Positions 51,047 to 61,013 of a stretch of 64,000 bases of DNA are shown here, piece by piece. The DNA comes from an uncultured Muribaculaceae bacterium (GTDB lineage Bacteria; Pseudomonadota; Alphaproteobacteria; Rs-D84). The notes beneath the pieces are model-generated. The model was given only the letters and a program-made list of their open reading frames with translations. It did no database searches and was not told the DNA's origin. The stretch lies in assembly GCA_964587855.1 (NCBI GenBank), contig CAZPLT010000002.1:6676-70675 (forward strand), read 5' to 3'. The first letter of the stretch is position 1; every line of letters begins with the position of its first letter. Both the position numbers and the translations under genes were made by a program.

Positions 51047-51667
51047 CTACAAATGATGCGTTAATAAGCTTGTATGAAATGCTCCCATTTGTTTTTTAAA
51101 CTCTGTTAGCATTTTTTTGTAATTTTGTTCTGTTGATTCAATTATTGTTCTGCTGTTATTTGTTATAATATCCATACGAAAATCATTTACTCTTGAAACA
51201 GCCGTAATATTATGCGTTTTTTCTAAATTTTCAGAAGCTCCTTCTAGAACAACACAAAGCTTTTGTATCTCTTGAATAGTTTTTAAAACGTTTTGGGTGA
51301 TAAGCTCCGCACCTATGCTGCCACCGTATTCACGAATATCATAAAATCTTTCACAAAACGCATATGTTTCCTTAATAGCAGTTTTATAAGTAGGCTGGAC
51401 AAGTTCCTTGACACCTTGTAATAATACAGGATCTTGTTTGTGAAGTATCATGTTTGAATTCACTTGCTTTGCTGATACTAATGCTGTATTCATTTTTTCG
51501 GCATCTGATTTTATCAGATCCAGCATATTTGATTCTTTTTTGTAAAGTCCAGTTGATGAAAAACGTAATAAAAAATTGATTATAGTTTTATAATCAGAGT
51601 GATATCTGCCATTAATATTTTTAAGTAGAGTCATCAGAATATCCTTTTTGGCTATTCTCTCTTCCAT
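51047..51667 (-). CDS. Hypothetical protein
   Basis: 206-aa ORF; no similarity recognised. Its start overlaps the end of the upstream IMPase-like gene. Confidence 0.5.
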   Translation of the reverse strand: MEERIAKKDILMTLLKNINGRYHSDYKTIINFLLRFSSTGLYKKESNMLDLIKSDAEKMNTALVSAKQVNSNMILHKQDPVLLQGVKELVQPTYKTAIKETYAFCERFYDIREYGGSIGAELITQNVLKTIQEIQKLCVVLEGASENLEKTHNITAVSRVNDFRMDIITNNSRTIIESTEQNYKKMLTEFKKQMGAFHTSLLTHHL

Positions 51668-52362
51668 TTATTATTTGATGCCACCAATTCGGCATTCATT
51701 TCGACTGCTCCCCCAGCCTCGTTAATCAATAATTCGCCAGCACATATTTCGGCGTAATCCAATGGATGTGAAATAAAACCATCAAATTTCCCGGCGGCAA
51801 CCCATGCAAGATCCAAAGCTGGACAACCAGTAATACGGACATCCCCATTAGCTTTGAAATCATCAGAGCCCAAGCCCAATGTTAAATCCGCGGATTCTTT
51901 TATTCCGGAAACCTTGATTCGCGCAGAATGAAATGCGGAAAATGCGAATGCACCACATCCGGCCTCGGCATAATATAATCTTTCATCAATTGGGCTGTAT
52001 ACCAATGCAATTTTTGTTTCATTGTTTGATCGCAAAGCCAACGAAATTGCAAAATGTGGATTTCCACGTACAAAATTTTTAGCCCCTGAAAATGCCAAAA
52101 CAAATTCATCCCGTCCATCACCCTCATGGGAATAGTTTGGTGTTAAAACACCAGCGTTTGGGCGAACCAGAGTTAAATTACGTAAAATGGATTCTTCTAT
52201 TCTTATTGCGGCTTTTTTTACAAAGTCGCGGGCACCAGAAAGAGATTGTTGCAGGTTTTCAACTTCCCCAAAATCATGACGTAATCCAGCCCCAGTTTGC
52301 GCTAATGCTGCAAACATTTTATTTAATTCCGAAGAGCCTTTGATCAGATTTTCTTTTTTCAT
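51652..52362 (-). CDS. Inositol monophosphatase family protein with degenerate metal-binding motif
   Basis: IMPase-family blocks (GNPHFAISLAL, VYSPIDERLYYAEAGCGAF). The expected DPIDGT block appears as LAFSGA. Confidence 0.6.
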   Translation of the reverse strand: MKKENLIKGSSELNKMFAALAQTGAGLRHDFGEVENLQQSLSGARDFVKKAAIRIEESILRNLTLVRPNAGVLTPNYSHEGDGRDEFVLAFSGAKNFVRGNPHFAISLALRSNNETKIALVYSPIDERLYYAEAGCGAFAFSAFHSARIKVSGIKESADLTLGLGSDDFKANGDVRITGCPALDLAWVAAGKFDGFISHPLDYAEICAGELLINEAGGAVEMNAELVASNNKWKRE

Positions 52363-52384
52363 TTCTTGTGCTTTTAAAAATAAA

Positions 52385-52404
52385 AGCCAGCGTGAACGCT
52401 GGGC
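52385..52404. terminator. Hairpin terminator after rpmE
   Basis: agccagcgtgaacgctggct followed by a T/A run. Confidence 0.6.
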
Positions 52405-52407
52405 TTA

Positions 52408-52617
52408 TTAAAATTTGAACCCGTCGAATTTTTTCTTAAAGTCAGCGGCACGTTGACCCTTGTCTGCAGTGGCACGTTGACCAGTCCAAGCAGAGTGGTT
52501 CAGATTATCAACAGATAAAACCAAATCCTTGTTCGCGGACGAGAACATTTTTATTGTTTTGCCATCTGTCCGGGTAACTTTGATTTCATGGTATTCTGGA
52601 TGAGTGTTTTTCTTCAT
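52408..52617 (-). CDS. rpmE: 50S ribosomal protein L31
   Basis: MKKNTHPEYHEIKV N-terminus typical of L31; 69 aa. Confidence 0.9.
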   Translation of the reverse strand: MKKNTHPEYHEIKVTRTDGKTIKMFSSANKDLVLSVDNLNHSAWTGQRATADKGQRAADFKKKFDGFKF

Positions 52618-52688
52618 AGTTAAACCTTTTTTTAGCTTGCAAATTATACAGGGAAATTTTGTAAAATCAAGTAAGAATAGATATTAAT

Positions 52689-53213
52689 TTAATATCCGCC
52701 GACACAACCCAGGTAAAAATTACCCGAAGATTCTATAAAGTTTTGGAATTTACCAGTATTTTTTCCAGAAAACAGGGCCAAAACAGTTCCGGATTCGGTT
52801 GCCAGCATATCAGCTATACTTACGCCAAAGCTGGATACTTTCTTGAAAAATCCAGGGGTTGGAAAGATTTCTGCAACAAAAAGTTTGTTTTGATCTTTGT
52901 TTTCGTTTATTTGATCTTTGGCGATCGCCATCAAAGTGCAATCTTTGGTCAGGATGATTTTTTCGCAAACTTGAGCTTGTCCACCCAATAATTCTCCCCA
53001 CCAGCCAGGTACACCAGAAAACACAGGATAATAGAGAATAGCGTCAGGAGTGGTCTTGAAAAATTCAACCATATCGAAATCTGTGGGTGTCAAACAAGGC
53101 ATTTCCCCATGACGATCTGAAATAATCCGTCTGGCCGATTGATAGGTGTCCGAATCGCGGGTCCCTCTGGTGGGCCAGAATAAAAACGGGGAACGTATGG
53201 TTTTATAAGTCAT
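52689..53213 (-). CDS. Conserved hypothetical protein
   Basis: 174-aa ORF; no confident family assignment. Confidence 0.5.
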   Translation of the reverse strand: MTYKTIRSPFLFWPTRGTRDSDTYQSARRIISDRHGEMPCLTPTDFDMVEFFKTTPDAILYYPVFSGVPGWWGELLGGQAQVCEKIILTKDCTLMAIAKDQINENKDQNKLFVAEIFPTPGFFKKVSSFGVSIADMLATESGTVLALFSGKNTGKFQNFIESSGNFYLGCVGGY

Positions 53214-53279
53214 TGCTGGAATTATATCAGATTTTAAAGCTTGATTAAAGTCGGTATAGTAAAATAAATTACTTGACTT

Positions 53280-54623
53280 TTAGTCCTTCTTTATATTTTT
53301 CCACCAAGCTTTAACATTACTGGTTATTTTACTGAAATCTTTCTTTGCATCATCATAAAGCTTGGATGGTATTTTGACGTCACTGAACAAAGCCTGAGTT
53401 AATGCTGGTATAGCATTCATAAAGATTGCCAAGAATAATCCCATCATTATAATTGTTACCAGACTATCATTATTCATAAACAGGCCATCTATTAAAATTT
53501 CAGCCTTGTTTTCAATTATTGCAGTTTGTAAAACACTGGCGCCTTGCCATTTACCAAAAGCCGAATTCAAGAATAACACTGAAAATGCAGTAAATATCCC
53601 AACCATTGCGATACCCAATGTATTTTGAACCACTTTATCAATAATACCCTTGATATTCTTTTTCCCATCTGGCAGCACCATCCATGTTTTTCCATCCGCA
53701 TCTTGGAACAGCCATGCCAGTAACATTAACGGCAACATAACCAGTCCCATCCCTAATTCTATGAAAGTTTGTAAGAAATAAAGTGGGATTGGCAGCAGGG
53801 CAAAGAAAAATAAAACGACAATTAAAAGCCCAGCTAAAAACATAACTACATTCGGAAAAATTGGAATGTTAAATATCAGCTTGTACATATATTTATCGTT
53901 AAATGCCATATTCATAATTGTCCAACCCGCTGTCATTCCCAGACCGGTCATTTGATGGACTTGACCTATTTGGCATGCCAGATTATGGCGAAGTTTTGGT
54001 GAAAATGCGCCGTTTTTAGATGCTGCTTTATCCGCACTAGAAGGATCCATAACAGCGGTTGCAATCAGGCAAGTTTCAAAAGAATTTTCATTATTTACAT
54101 CTGGGGCCATTCTTACATCCACCGAATGAGAAAGTGCCAATCCAACATTAAAGATAGGTTCTACGGCTGTGCTGGTTATAAACCTGGGCAATGGGAACGC
54201 TAATAACAGTGTTATAAAAGTAAGTTTAAATAAATGTGTTCCCAGTTTTCCAGAAAAATTCCATGCATCAGGAGATTTTGGTTCCCCGTCTATTCCTAGA
54301 TACCCCTTTAATACTTCCCAACCAAAATATACAGCAGTCAGGGCAAAAGCTATCGGAATACAAACCTGACCAATAGCTGAATAAATACGTGGTAAAACAT
54401 CTGATAAAACCAATATTATATCATTAAACATCCCACATGACCAACAACTGGAAAAGAAAGATAGAGCATCTGCCATATCAACAGGTGACATAGAGCGATA
54501 AATGGAAAATCCAGCAATTGTTACGCCACCAGCAATTGCGCCTATTGCGAGTGGAGCAATTGCCCCTGCGGAAAATGGCAAGAAAGAAAGAAAGATAATC
54601 CAAAAATTTTTTAGTTTGTTCAC
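53280..54623 (-). CDS. Large polytopic membrane protein, member 1 of a five-gene array (VirB6/TrbL-like?)
   Basis: 447 aa. Signal-peptide-like N-terminus, at least 6 TM segments, a central loop, and a K-rich C-terminal tail. It is transcribed divergently from the four following genes. Confidence 0.75.
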   Translation of the reverse strand: MNKLKNFWIIFLSFLPFSAGAIAPLAIGAIAGGVTIAGFSIYRSMSPVDMADALSFFSSCWSCGMFNDIILVLSDVLPRIYSAIGQVCIPIAFALTAVYFGWEVLKGYLGIDGEPKSPDAWNFSGKLGTHLFKLTFITLLLAFPLPRFITSTAVEPIFNVGLALSHSVDVRMAPDVNNENSFETCLIATAVMDPSSADKAASKNGAFSPKLRHNLACQIGQVHQMTGLGMTAGWTIMNMAFNDKYMYKLIFNIPIFPNVVMFLAGLLIVVLFFFALLPIPLYFLQTFIELGMGLVMLPLMLLAWLFQDADGKTWMVLPDGKKNIKGIIDKVVQNTLGIAMVGIFTAFSVLFLNSAFGKWQGASVLQTAIIENKAEILIDGLFMNNDSLVTIIMMGLFLAIFMNAIPALTQALFSDVKIPSKLYDDAKKDFSKITSNVKAWWKNIKKD

Positions 54624-54675
54624 AGACTAATTATATCATAATTTGCCCAGGCTTTTTATGCTATAATACAAAGAA

Positions 54676-55938
54676 GTGAGAAAAGTACTTTTATCTTTAT
54701 TATTTTTAATTCTTCCATGTGCAGCTTATGCCTCATGGGGTATTGTTGATTCATTGGATCTTTCCCCATTTATTCCGATAATTTTAGATGCTTTTGTATC
54801 TGTTGCTATGGCTACTTATGAATTTTTTGTGGGCAATGGGGACGGGATAATTTATATCTTGGTTTGGGGTTGGTTGGGCTGGTTTATTGGAATGTATTTG
54901 GTAAAAATGTATATTCCGCAAAGTTGGCTGGATTTTTTTAATGCCAAGGGTGGACAAATGTGGGATAAACCTTCTGCACTTAAGATTTCTGAAGATGTAT
55001 TAAAACCATGTATTCGGGGTATAATTGCAGCAGCATTATTACTGCCAATCAAACCACAATATATTACCGGTATAATCGTAGATCCTTTTCTGCAATTTGG
55101 GGAAATTTATACACAAAGTATGTCATCAAGTATCAACCAGATGAATGTATCAGCGGGTGTTTCAGAAGAAAGCATTGCTTGCCCCCCCGATTTAATCGAA
55201 AAAGGATATATTTCAGAAGACGGGTGCAAATTCTTAATTCGTCCAGTTGCTCAAATAACACACGCAAATAATCAAGTTATCAAACGTGGATTGAAATTTA
55301 TAACCGATGGGTTATTGGGGTTGATGACTCTGATACCACATGGGGGTCGTGATATTATGAATTTGATAACTGGTATATTTTTGGTATTTACTTTTGTAGC
55401 CAGTAATTTCTTTATGGCGCTTTTAATAATCCAGGCGATTTTTGAATTTGGAATGGCTTTGATAATGTACCCATTCAAAGTTTTAATGTTTGTTGCGGAT
55501 AAAAATGCCAAGGGTTGGGTTAACCCATGGCCAGCATTCAGTCAGATAATAGAAAGCTTGAAAAAACTAGTAATAACTATGATTGCTTGTGTGTTTATTT
55601 TGGTTATAAATATTGCCGCAATCAAGGCTTTGTTTAATTTTAATCATTCAACATTTGTTGTGGCTGCTGGTGGTTCTGCGTCCAGCAATGTCCCAGTTGT
55701 TGCAAATACTCCGATGGGCTTTGGTGGGCATTCTGTAATTTGGATGTCATCTGTTTTGACATTCTTTTTAATGTTTAAAATTTTTGAAATAACTAAAAAA
55801 CAGTTGCTGGATTATACAGGCAAGGGTTCAGATAGTTTGTATAACAAAGCTGTTGGCGATACTAAAAATGCATGGAAAAAAACAAATGAGTGGCGCAAAG
55901 GTATTAATAAAGCTATGGGATGGTTTAAAAAGAAATGA
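54676..55938 (+). CDS. Large polytopic membrane protein, member 2 of the array (VirB6/TrbL-like?)
   Basis: 420 aa. Signal peptide, a Cys-containing periplasmic loop, a cluster of TM helices, and a K-rich tail (KNAWKKTNEWRKGINKAMGWFKKK). Confidence 0.8.
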   Translation: MRKVLLSLLFLILPCAAYASWGIVDSLDLSPFIPIILDAFVSVAMATYEFFVGNGDGIIYILVWGWLGWFIGMYLVKMYIPQSWLDFFNAKGGQMWDKPSALKISEDVLKPCIRGIIAAALLLPIKPQYITGIIVDPFLQFGEIYTQSMSSSINQMNVSAGVSEESIACPPDLIEKGYISEDGCKFLIRPVAQITHANNQVIKRGLKFITDGLLGLMTLIPHGGRDIMNLITGIFLVFTFVASNFFMALLIIQAIFEFGMALIMYPFKVLMFVADKNAKGWVNPWPAFSQIIESLKKLVITMIACVFILVINIAAIKALFNFNHSTFVVAAGGSASSNVPVVANTPMGFGGHSVIWMSSVLTFFLMFKIFEITKKQLLDYTGKGSDSLYNKAVGDTKNAWKKTNEWRKGINKAMGWFKKK

Positions 55939-57137
55939 ACGGACTGATCGAATCTTCGGTGCAATGTTGGAGCTGTCCTGTATTTGACCGTTTGTTCCAA
56001 GTTATTTCTGCCACCACCAGCGCTGTTTACGGAAAGATGTCGTTATTGGCTGCAGTTTTATTATGTGTTTTTGTTGCTTTTTATATTTTGTATTCGGTTG
56101 TAACAAACTTGCGCGCAAAAGATAAAATGGAACCGATGTATCAATCTTATTTGAAACCAGTAATAATAAATTCTTTATTCGTAATTACTATTTTGGGATT
56201 GGGTGTTATGGTTCCCAGGTTGGTAACCAGACTCAGTTTTGAACCTGTGGCGGATATGACGCTGGTTTATACCCAATCAATGTTAAATACAAATCCAGAT
56301 CAAGTTGCGCAAAAGGTAGTATATACCCCAGAAAAAATGTCCGAAGATGGATTTTATCGTCCCGAGTTACGCGACAAAATAATTTTATTGATGAAGACCA
56401 GTATTACCCAATTTCAATCAATGATGAAACTGGGTATGGCAATAATGGACAAGGCATTTGAATGGAAAGCACTTTTGGGAGTTGGTGCGCTGGTAAAACA
56501 TATTATGATATTTTTTATGGGGTTGTATGTTGTTTGGGCGTTTTTTAAATTGTTTATAAAGTTTTGTTTTTATTTTGCTGATGTTGTAATTGATATGACT
56601 TTTTTTGCCTTTTTCTTTCCATTTATGACTGTTTTGTGGGTGTTTAAAAATTCTAAAAGCGCGGATTGGGTAAAAAATATGAGCAGTAAAATAACACCTG
56701 CATTTTTCCAAAATTTAATAAACTCTATCGTTTCATTAGCAACAGTTGTTATAACTTATGTTGTAATTATGGTTATAATTACAAAGTTCTTTGCTGGACC
56801 AAATATTGATGTCACAGAAGTAATGAATGGAAATATATTGGCCAGTGATATATCAGATGATAATTTGGCTATGGTTTCTTTGGGTGGAGTTTTAGTATTG
56901 GTTTATATTGTTGGATACTTATCAGAAAATATTAAACAAGTTGCCAAAGCAATTACAGATGCGTTTAATATAACTGAAAGAACTGAAGTCGGCGAAAAAC
57001 TTGGTGAAGATGCATTAAAGGTTGGAAAAAACACATTTGATTTTGCAAAAAATACTGGAAAAACTCTTTGGACTGCGATCACTGGTAAAGATACCGATAA
57101 AAAAGATGGTGAAAAAGAAGATAAAAAAGAAAAATAG
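55935..57137 (+). CDS. Large polytopic membrane protein, member 3 of the array
   Basis: 400 aa and multi-TM. Its start overlaps the previous stop (ATGA). The C-terminal tail is K/E/D-rich (KDTDKKDGEKEDKKEK). Confidence 0.8.
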   Translation: MNGLIESSVQCWSCPVFDRLFQVISATTSAVYGKMSLLAAVLLCVFVAFYILYSVVTNLRAKDKMEPMYQSYLKPVIINSLFVITILGLGVMVPRLVTRLSFEPVADMTLVYTQSMLNTNPDQVAQKVVYTPEKMSEDGFYRPELRDKIILLMKTSITQFQSMMKLGMAIMDKAFEWKALLGVGALVKHIMIFFMGLYVVWAFFKLFIKFCFYFADVVIDMTFFAFFFPFMTVLWVFKNSKSADWVKNMSSKITPAFFQNLINSIVSLATVVITYVVIMVIITKFFAGPNIDVTEVMNGNILASDISDDNLAMVSLGGVLVLVYIVGYLSENIKQVAKAITDAFNITERTEVGEKLGEDALKVGKNTFDFAKNTGKTLWTAITGKDTDKKDGEKEDKKEK

Positions 57138-57140
57138 TTT

Positions 57141-58595
57141 ATGTGGAAATCTAAAATAATTTTAATGGCCGTCAAAGCGATAATGTGGATTATCGCCATT
57201 GGTATTGGAATTTGGTATTTGTCATCCAGTATAAATGGTGATTCTATTACATACGCCAGTATGAACAGTTTTCTGCACGCAACCGGTGCTTGCCATGGCG
57301 ATGTGTGTGATATATCACAAAGTAATGGTTGCTTTTTGTGTCCTTATGTTACCCAATTGTTCAATGTAATTGGTATGGCGACAAAAAGCTTTTGGGATGC
57401 GTTGGTTGCCAATCTATGGATTTTAATTGCGATGGGATTTGTAATTTTTATGTTGAGACATACCTGGAAGAAATTGGCTGAAGCCAACAAAGAAAATATT
57501 AAAATGACCACCAAGTCCAGAGATTTTAATTTCAAGGATTGGTTTGATCCAATATGGAAACAATTTGCCAGGGTTTTATTTGTAGGTGCATTTTTGGGTG
57601 CATTAAGTTTTGGTGGAACAACAGTTTTAAAAACTGTATCAGATATTACAATCCGCCCAGTTATGTATGTTGGATCTGAACTTGCCATGGCTGCAACGGG
57701 CATAGGTTCTGATGCAATGTGTCCAGCGTTGGAAACTCAAAATTCAGATAATGTGATTGGTCCAGCATTAAAACCATTTATGTGTATTGTTGGCAATGCC
57801 AGCAGTGTTATTTTAGCTGGGGCGTCTGGTGGATTTTCTTTGATGAATTTCGCATGGATGGGAATGGGGGGTGGCTTGTTTACTTGGTTGGCTGGATTGG
57901 GCTTGGTAATAATGTTTTTAATTATCGGATTTGGTTTGTTTTTTGATATTTTAAATGTCGTCTTCAGATTGGTATTTATAATTATATTCCTGCCCGTTAT
58001 TATTGCCAGTTATGCATATGAAAATGGCGTGTTAAAGGGTGCAGTGGGCAAATCGGTTGATATGCTTGTAAATTGTGCGGTCAGGGTAATTGTAATTACG
58101 TTGAAAGTTCTAATAATTTATACAATCGTTGCATATGCTGCGGATGAATATTTCCCGGGGCCTGTGGATGGGTATTCTGTAATTACTCCACCTGGATTTG
58201 CAGGAATGCAATCGGCGCAAAATTCATCAAATAAAATTGTAGCCCAAGTATTTTCAGATTGTGAAAAAGTATCTGTTCAAGATGGCAAAATGAATAAAGA
58301 TTTATTCAAAGCATGTTTTGACCGCACCAGTGCAACCATTGAAGCATCGCACCCAGGGGCGTTTGACTTTATGCGTAATGGTTGGGACTTTCTTATGATT
58401 ATGTTGGGAATATTTCTGTTATATTTTTATGTTATCAGTAAAAAATTGGATGAAGTTTTTGTTGGTGATGGTGCAGGCAAAGATCCAATATTTAATATAG
58501 GAAACTCGTTCAAAGAAATGGGGCAAAAGTTATGGAGTATTCCATCGGGAATAACCAAGATGATTACAGATGCTATGGAAAAAGGAAGTAAATAA
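57141..58595 (+). CDS. Large polytopic membrane protein, member 4 of the array
   Basis: 484 aa and multi-TM with a Cys-containing loop. It starts 3 nt after the previous stop. Confidence 0.8.
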   Translation: MWKSKIILMAVKAIMWIIAIGIGIWYLSSSINGDSITYASMNSFLHATGACHGDVCDISQSNGCFLCPYVTQLFNVIGMATKSFWDALVANLWILIAMGFVIFMLRHTWKKLAEANKENIKMTTKSRDFNFKDWFDPIWKQFARVLFVGAFLGALSFGGTTVLKTVSDITIRPVMYVGSELAMAATGIGSDAMCPALETQNSDNVIGPALKPFMCIVGNASSVILAGASGGFSLMNFAWMGMGGGLFTWLAGLGLVIMFLIIGFGLFFDILNVVFRLVFIIIFLPVIIASYAYENGVLKGAVGKSVDMLVNCAVRVIVITLKVLIIYTIVAYAADEYFPGPVDGYSVITPPGFAGMQSAQNSSNKIVAQVFSDCEKVSVQDGKMNKDLFKACFDRTSATIEASHPGAFDFMRNGWDFLMIMLGIFLLYFYVISKKLDEVFVGDGAGKDPIFNIGNSFKEMGQKLWSIPSGITKMITDAMEKGSK

Positions 58596-58601
58596 TAAAA
58601 T

Positions 58602-59882
58602 ATGAATTTATTTAAATTAAATCTTAAAAAAATAAAGATATTTTGCAAATTTGCTTTGGTTGCTTTTTGTTTGTTTTTTGTTTCTCCGGTAAGTGCAGCT
58701 GGCAATGTTCCAAATGGTGGGGATATTTCTGATTATGGTGTTTGGGCAACGGAACACAATAGACAGCTTTTGTTAGATAGCTTGTCTTCGGACGTAAGTT
58801 CGTTTTATAAACCCATAGTTGATGATTATGTTCCAGTAGAGGCACGAGTTGGTAAAGTACTGATTGATGCATTAGATAAAGTTGGGGAATCTTTACAACG
58901 CAGTTTGTTTAATTTTATTCAAATATTTCTGGGTGTTTTGTTGGCTTTTTGGTTAATGCTTGAAGCATATAATTTAATTAAATCCAAGGGCGATGTAAAG
59001 AAAACCACAATGGAAATAGTTAAAAAAACTGTATTGGTATCAATTTGGATTTGGGTTTTAAATAATGATCCCGGACAGATTTTTATGACTATATTTGGGC
59101 CTATAATTAAAGTTGGCAGTTATACATCTGATTTAATTTTGAACTCGGTTGTTTCAGAAGCAGGCAAAATTAATTTGCCAGATACCTGTGGGGCTATACA
59201 TAATTTTGTTGGCGGTAATGGTTATACTGCGGATTTGATTTGTATGCCGACACGTTTGTCTGGATTTTTTTATACTTGTATTACGGCTGGATTTAAATGG
59301 ATGTGGGCCGGCTTGGGCCACAGTGCGCTGACCTTTGTTGCGGGTGCTGTGTTTGTGGTTATGTTTACTATAAATTTATGGAAATTTGCATTATTGGCAT
59401 TGGGGGTAATCGTTGATTTATTCTTGGCAATTATCTTATTGCCATTTACCGCGGTCAAGGAATGTTTTGGTAAAGGCACCAGTTTACAAGGGGTTGTGGG
59501 TAATATATTTAATGCTTTTGCGGGGCTTTTCAAAGCTGTCAGTTTGAATGATCAAATAATGCGTTTTATCAAGGCAGTTATTTACTTTATAGTATTATCT
59601 GTAATGGCGGCAATTGGCGCGGCGTTACTCGGTGGGGTGGTTAATGCTGATTTATCTTCGGTAACACCATCTGTTGAAAGTGATAGCTTTATGTCCGTTT
59701 TAATAGTTGGTTGTTTGGTGTCGTATTTGGTTTCTCAATCAGCAAAATTGGCCGAGAATTTAGGCGGCAAGATAGATGGCTCGTTTGGTGAAAAAGTTCA
59801 AGGGGATATTAAAAATCTTTGGGATAAAACAAAAAAGCAAGTTATGGATTGGCGAAAAATTTATAAAGAATCAAAAAAGTAA
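58602..59882 (+). CDS. Large polytopic membrane protein, member 5 of the array
   Basis: 426 aa. Signal peptide, multi-TM, K-rich tail. It starts 6 nt after the previous stop. Confidence 0.8.
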   Translation: MNLFKLNLKKIKIFCKFALVAFCLFFVSPVSAAGNVPNGGDISDYGVWATEHNRQLLLDSLSSDVSSFYKPIVDDYVPVEARVGKVLIDALDKVGESLQRSLFNFIQIFLGVLLAFWLMLEAYNLIKSKGDVKKTTMEIVKKTVLVSIWIWVLNNDPGQIFMTIFGPIIKVGSYTSDLILNSVVSEAGKINLPDTCGAIHNFVGGNGYTADLICMPTRLSGFFYTCITAGFKWMWAGLGHSALTFVAGAVFVVMFTINLWKFALLALGVIVDLFLAIILLPFTAVKECFGKGTSLQGVVGNIFNAFAGLFKAVSLNDQIMRFIKAVIYFIVLSVMAAIGAALLGGVVNADLSSVTPSVESDSFMSVLIVGCLVSYLVSQSAKLAENLGGKIDGSFGEKVQGDIKNLWDKTKKQVMDWRKIYKESKK

Positions 59883-59935
59883 ATTGATAATTGATAAATA
59901 TTGCGCTAGAATAGATAAAATTTACAGGAGAAAAA

Positions 59936-61012
59936 ATGTTATCAATGATGTTATCTAACTTGGGTTATGAGATGGGCAGTGGTTTATCTTTTGCCTGTGG
60001 CTTTCTGGTCGCTTTATTTATAATGTTGGTATTCGGGCGAAAATATATAAACGCTATGGTTCGTTTACAAAAAAAGGGACAACCAATCAGTGAAAATGTT
60101 CCACAATCTCATTTGGCCAAAGCAGGAACACCAACAATTGGCGGTGGGTTATTATTATTGGCCATTATTATATCCAGTTTTTTATTTATGGATTTTGCAA
60201 ATCCAACCCCTTGGATTGCGATTGGCGCACTGATTTGGTTTGGTGTAATTGGATTTGCAGATGATTATAAAAAGGTAACCAGCCAAAGCAAAAAAGCCTC
60301 CAATGGTTTATCGGCAAAAATGCGTCTTTTATTAGAAGGTTTGGGGGTTATTGCTTTGGCATATTGTGCGAATGCTGTAATGCCTTTCTATTTACCATCT
60401 TATTCTGTTGCTTTCCCAGGGGGCTATGTTTTTCCAATTGGAATTTTGTATTTTGGTTTTGCTTATTTTGTAATTGCTGGAACCGCAAATGCTGCAAATA
60501 TAACTGATGGTTTAGATGGAATGTTATCAAAAATATATCTGCCAATATTGATTGTTTTGTTGGTTGCTTTGTTTGGTGCAACACGTGTTGGATTTATTCC
60601 ATATTCTTTATTGTTGCCAGAAGCCGTGGGATTATTCCCTGTGTTGGGCGCAGCATTTGGTGCGCTGGTTGGATTTTTATGGTTTAATTCAGCGCCAGCA
60701 CAGATTTTTATGGGCGATACTGGCAGTTTGGCATTGGGCGGATTTGTTGGAACAATATCAATGTTGTTAAAAGTCGAGATTGTAATTGGTATTGCCAGTT
60801 TGATGATGGTTGCGATTTTAGCATCCAGTTTTATTCAAATATTTGTTTATAAATTAACCAAAAAAAATGGAGTGGGCAAGCGTGTATTCTTGCGTGCGCC
60901 ATTACATCATCATTTTGAAGAAAAGGGTTTGCCAGAATCAAAAATCGTAGAAAGATTTTTCATAATGTCGATTTTGTTCAGTGGTGTGGCTCTGTTGCTG
61001 TTAAGGTTATAA
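59936..61012 (+). CDS. mraY: Phospho-N-acetylmuramoyl-pentapeptide transferase
   Basis: GFADDYKKV and PLHHHFE motifs; 358 aa. Confidence 0.95.
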   Translation: MLSMMLSNLGYEMGSGLSFACGFLVALFIMLVFGRKYINAMVRLQKKGQPISENVPQSHLAKAGTPTIGGGLLLLAIIISSFLFMDFANPTPWIAIGALIWFGVIGFADDYKKVTSQSKKASNGLSAKMRLLLEGLGVIALAYCANAVMPFYLPSYSVAFPGGYVFPIGILYFGFAYFVIAGTANAANITDGLDGMLSKIYLPILIVLLVALFGATRVGFIPYSLLLPEAVGLFPVLGAAFGALVGFLWFNSAPAQIFMGDTGSLALGGFVGTISMLLKVEIVIGIASLMMVAILASSFIQIFVYKLTKKNGVGKRVFLRAPLHHHFEEKGLPESKIVERFFIMSILFSGVALLLLRL

Positions 61013-61013
61013 A

